Source of the DNA: Ruminococcus sp. UBA5884
Lineage (GTDB): Bacteria > Bacillota > Clostridia > Oscillospirales > Ruminococcaceae
Assembly (NCBI GenBank): GCA_002431975.1
Contig: DJFA01000104.1
Coordinates: forward strand, 5,666-51,666
Direction: 5' to 3'
Length of the DNA: 46,001 bases
Position 1 is the stretch's first letter; each line of letters begins with the position of its first letter. Both the position numbers and the translations under genes were made by a program. The notes below the pieces were generated by a model, which did not search any database, was not told the DNA's origin, and saw only the letters and a program-made list of their open reading frames with translations. Shown in pieces: positions 43,863 through 46,001 of this stretch.

Positions 43863-46001
43863 GATAAATTCTATTACTCCTGTGCAGTCAGGAATGCTTT
43901 TCCAGTATATGCTGACCAATAACAAATCATTGTATATGGGAACGGAACGGTTTGACTTTGAAGGCAATATAGATATGGAAGCATTTGAAGCTGTACTTGC
44001 TGATTTGTCAGATAAATATGAAATATTCAGAACGAATATTATTTATGAAAAACTTGAAGAACCAAAAAGCGTTGTGCTGGATAAGAGAAAAATTCCTTTC
44101 AGACATTTTGAAACAAACAGCTCTGAAGAAAAAAACAGACTGGCTGAAAAGATTAATGAAGAATGCTTTGAAAAAGGTTTTGACCTTCAGAAAGATGCTC
44201 TTTTCAAAATTTATCTCATTCAGACAAACGGTGACAGTACAATGCTGTTTTCATTCCATCATATTCTGCTTGACGGATATTGTGCGGCAATGATTGCAGA
44301 TATAATAATGAACAGCTATGGCAGAAATATTTCAAAGGAAAATGAATATGTGCCGTTTTCCGTATATCAGGACTGGCTTAAAAAACAGAATATCAGTGAA
44401 AGCCGCAGATACTGGGATAATCTTTTAAGCAATGTTTCTGATGTTCATAAGCTTGAACTCGTACAGTTTTCCAGCGACAGGGACAGAAATAACGGATATC
44501 TTTCCATGAATATTGAATTTTCGGAAGATGAAACAAAAAAACTTTCAAAGATTGCCGCAGATAACCATACAACACTTAATATATATATGCAATGGCTCTG
44601 GGGACTTACTCTTTGCAGGAATTTTTCTGCTGAAAAGGTGTCATTCGGCACAGTAGCCGCATACAGACCGGCTGAAATGGAAAATTCAGAAAAAATTCTC
44701 GGCCCTATGATAAATACTATACCGGTTGTATTCTCATATGACAACAATGAGAGTATAGGCGGGCAACTCTGGAATTTCAGCAGAACATTTGTTGAATCAA
44801 TGGCAAATTCATGGATAGGTCTTGGAGAAATTCAGAAAAGTATACCTGACTGCGAAAATATTATTGACCATCTTTTTGTATATGATAATTTTCCTGAAAT
44901 GGATTTCAGAGGAATAGAAGACAGCACAGGCTTTAAGATAAAGGATTTCTGTCTTGAGGAAAGAACGGAATATCCTCTTACTCTTGAGGTTTCAAAACCT
45001 GATAATCTCAGAATAAGATTCAGCTATGACAGCAGTATTTATTCAGGTGAGAGCATAAAAAGACTTGCCGCATTATACAAGACTATATGTATAAACAGCT
45101 TTGACGCTGAAAAACCATCTGAAATAAAGAATGTAACTGATGATTTTAAAATCCGCACAGAGCATGAAAAGGAAAAAGTCAGAGCTTCATTCAAATCCGG
45201 AAGTCTTTCCGAAAGATTTGCATATATTGCAAAAAATTATGCAGATAAGCCGGCAATCGAATTTAACGGAAAAATTCTTTCATTCAAAGAAACAGATGAA
45301 CTCAGCGACCGCCTTGCATGGTATCTTAAAAATTCATACGGTATATCAGAAGGTGAGAGAATAGCAATTGATATAACATCTTCAATTGAAGTAATCATAT
45401 CCATACTTGCAATAATAAAGCTTGGCTGCTGTTATGTTCCGTTTGATTTGCTCCTGCCTGAAAAGCGTCTTGAAAGCATTATTGAAGATGCTTCACCTGC
45501 GGCAATACTTATATTCGGAGAAAAAACAAAGGATTTCAGTATTAAAAGTATAAATATTTCACTTGATGAGCTTGAAAATATATCTGTTCCGTCAGATGCG
45601 GTATTCAGAGCGGAAAGAAATACTGAAAGTGCCGCTGATATCATGTTTACTTCAGGCACTACAGCAAAGCCTAAAGGAGTTATTATAAAGGACGGCGGAA
45701 TTCTCGGACTTACTGTTGACCCTGATTTTATTGATTACAGCAAAATAAGCTGTCAGTTTCAGGACGCTTCAATTGCTTTTGATGCAACATTGTATGAAAT
45801 ATGGAGTGCATTGCTCAACGGAAAGAAACTTGTTGTAATTGACAGGAATACTCTGCTTTCTGTTGACAGGTTTGCAGAAATGATATCTGAAAACAAAAAC
45901 TGCTCAATATTTCTTACAACAACTCTTTTCAATAATTTTGTATCCCAGAATCCGGAGATATTCCGTGATGCGTCCTATGTAACAACAGGAGGAGAAAAAT
46001 T
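43849..46001 (+). CDS. NRPS (C-A...), 5' part only, runs off the window and is absent from the supplied ORF track
   Basis: I read the frame codon by codon from TTG 43849 (8 nt after AGGAGG) to 46001 and found no stop. C-domain motifs: SITPVQSGMLFQY and SFHHILLDGYC (44257-). A-domain motifs: LSFKETDELSDRLAWYL, IMFTSGTTAKPKGV, FDATLYEIW. Confidence 0.88.
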   Translation, partial: MKIIKINSITPVQSGMLFQYMLTNNKSLYMGTERFDFEGNIDMEAFEAVLADLSDKYEIFRTNIIYEKLEEPKSVVLDKRKIPFRHFETNSSEEKNRLAEKINEECFEKGFDLQKDALFKIYLIQTNGDSTMLFSFHHILLDGYCAAMIADIIMNSYGRNISKENEYVPFSVYQDWLKKQNISESRRYWDNLLSNVSDVHKLELVQFSSDRDRNNGYLSMNIEFSEDETKKLSKIAADNHTTLNIYMQWLWGLTLCRNFSAEKVSFGTVAAYRPAEMENSEKILGPMINTIPVVFSYDNNESIGGQLWNFSRTFVESMANSWIGLGEIQKSIPDCENIIDHLFVYDNFPEMDFRGIEDSTGFKIKDFCLEERTEYPLTLEVSKPDNLRIRFSYDSSIYSGESIKRLAALYKTICINSFDAEKPSEIKNVTDDFKIRTEHEKEKVRASFKSGSLSERFAYIAKNYADKPAIEFNGKILSFKETDELSDRLAWYLKNSYGISEGERIAIDITSSIEVIISILAIIKLGCCYVPFDLLLPEKRLESIIEDASPAAILIFGEKTKDFSIKSINISLDELENISVPSDAVFRAERNTESAADIMFTSGTTAKPKGVIIKDGGILGLTVDPDFIDYSKISCQFQDASIAFDATLYEIWSALLNGKKLVVIDRNTLLSVDRFAEMISENKNCSIFLTTTLFNNFVSQNPEIFRDASYVTTGGEK

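Noticed and set aside
243-45659. About 90 short ORFs (60-200 aa) in the track that lie antisense to, or in alternate frames of, the large genes. Examples: 243-554 -, 1122-1391 -, 6410-6826 -, 16812-17162 +, 18480-18854 -, 27511-27867 -, 32761-33291 -, 36353-36964 -, 38616-39155 -, 42149-42556 -.
   Set aside because: Each is fully embedded in a longer ORF with clear family motifs and has no RBS. Their products are low-complexity sequences rich in Ser, Leu, Ile and Phe, typical of AT-rich antisense frames.
43985-45659. Track ORFs 43985-44293 +, 44393-44575 -, 44445-44747 -, 45140-45364 + and 45432-45659 -, which appear to be the only genes at the right end.
   Set aside because: All lie inside the open-ended NRPS frame that starts at 43849. 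That frame carries C- and A-domain motifs and has no stop before 46001.

Overview
This is a low-GC chromosomal segment that looks Firmicutes/Clostridia-like (Ruminococcus/Oscillospiraceae style). That taxon call is inference only. The window has four blocks.

(1) 61-11001, + strand: a Ter-type stress/defence locus. It holds a TerY-P triad (vWA, PP2C phosphatase, Ser/Thr kinase), a PMCA-type Ca2+ P-type ATPase, two canonical TerD genes, a divergent TerD-fusion gene, a DUF815 AAA ATPase and a small membrane protein.

(2) 11159-15371: housekeeping genes, namely a DUF421 protein, non-frameshifted prfB, a zinc-ribbon membrane protein and rpsF-ssb-rpsR.

(3) 15664-27042: a minus-strand Dlt-like envelope acylation operon (MBOAT, DHHW, FkbH-type HAD-IIIC loader, ACP), then thiC, an amidohydrolase, a CPA2 antiporter and an ECF sigma/anti-sigma pair.

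(4) 27331-46001, + strand: an NRPS gene cluster cut by the window edge.
- Its genes in order are a free carrier protein, a saccharopine-dehydrogenase-like protein, Cy-A(MT)-T and dock-Cy-A-T synthetases, a MacB-type exporter, a T-C didomain protein and a C-A... NRPS.
- The two Cy synthetases are bracketed by two pairs of discrete thioesterases, and one member of each pair has Cys in place of the nucleophilic Ser.
- The last NRPS (43849->46001) is missing from the supplied ORF track because it has no stop in the window.

Seven copies of one MITE/REP-like palindromic element occupy intergenic gaps between 6.5 and 27.3 kb. One copy sits inside the Dlt-like operon, flanked by a 25-bp direct duplication. 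I found no rRNA, tRNA, CRISPR array or transposase gene.
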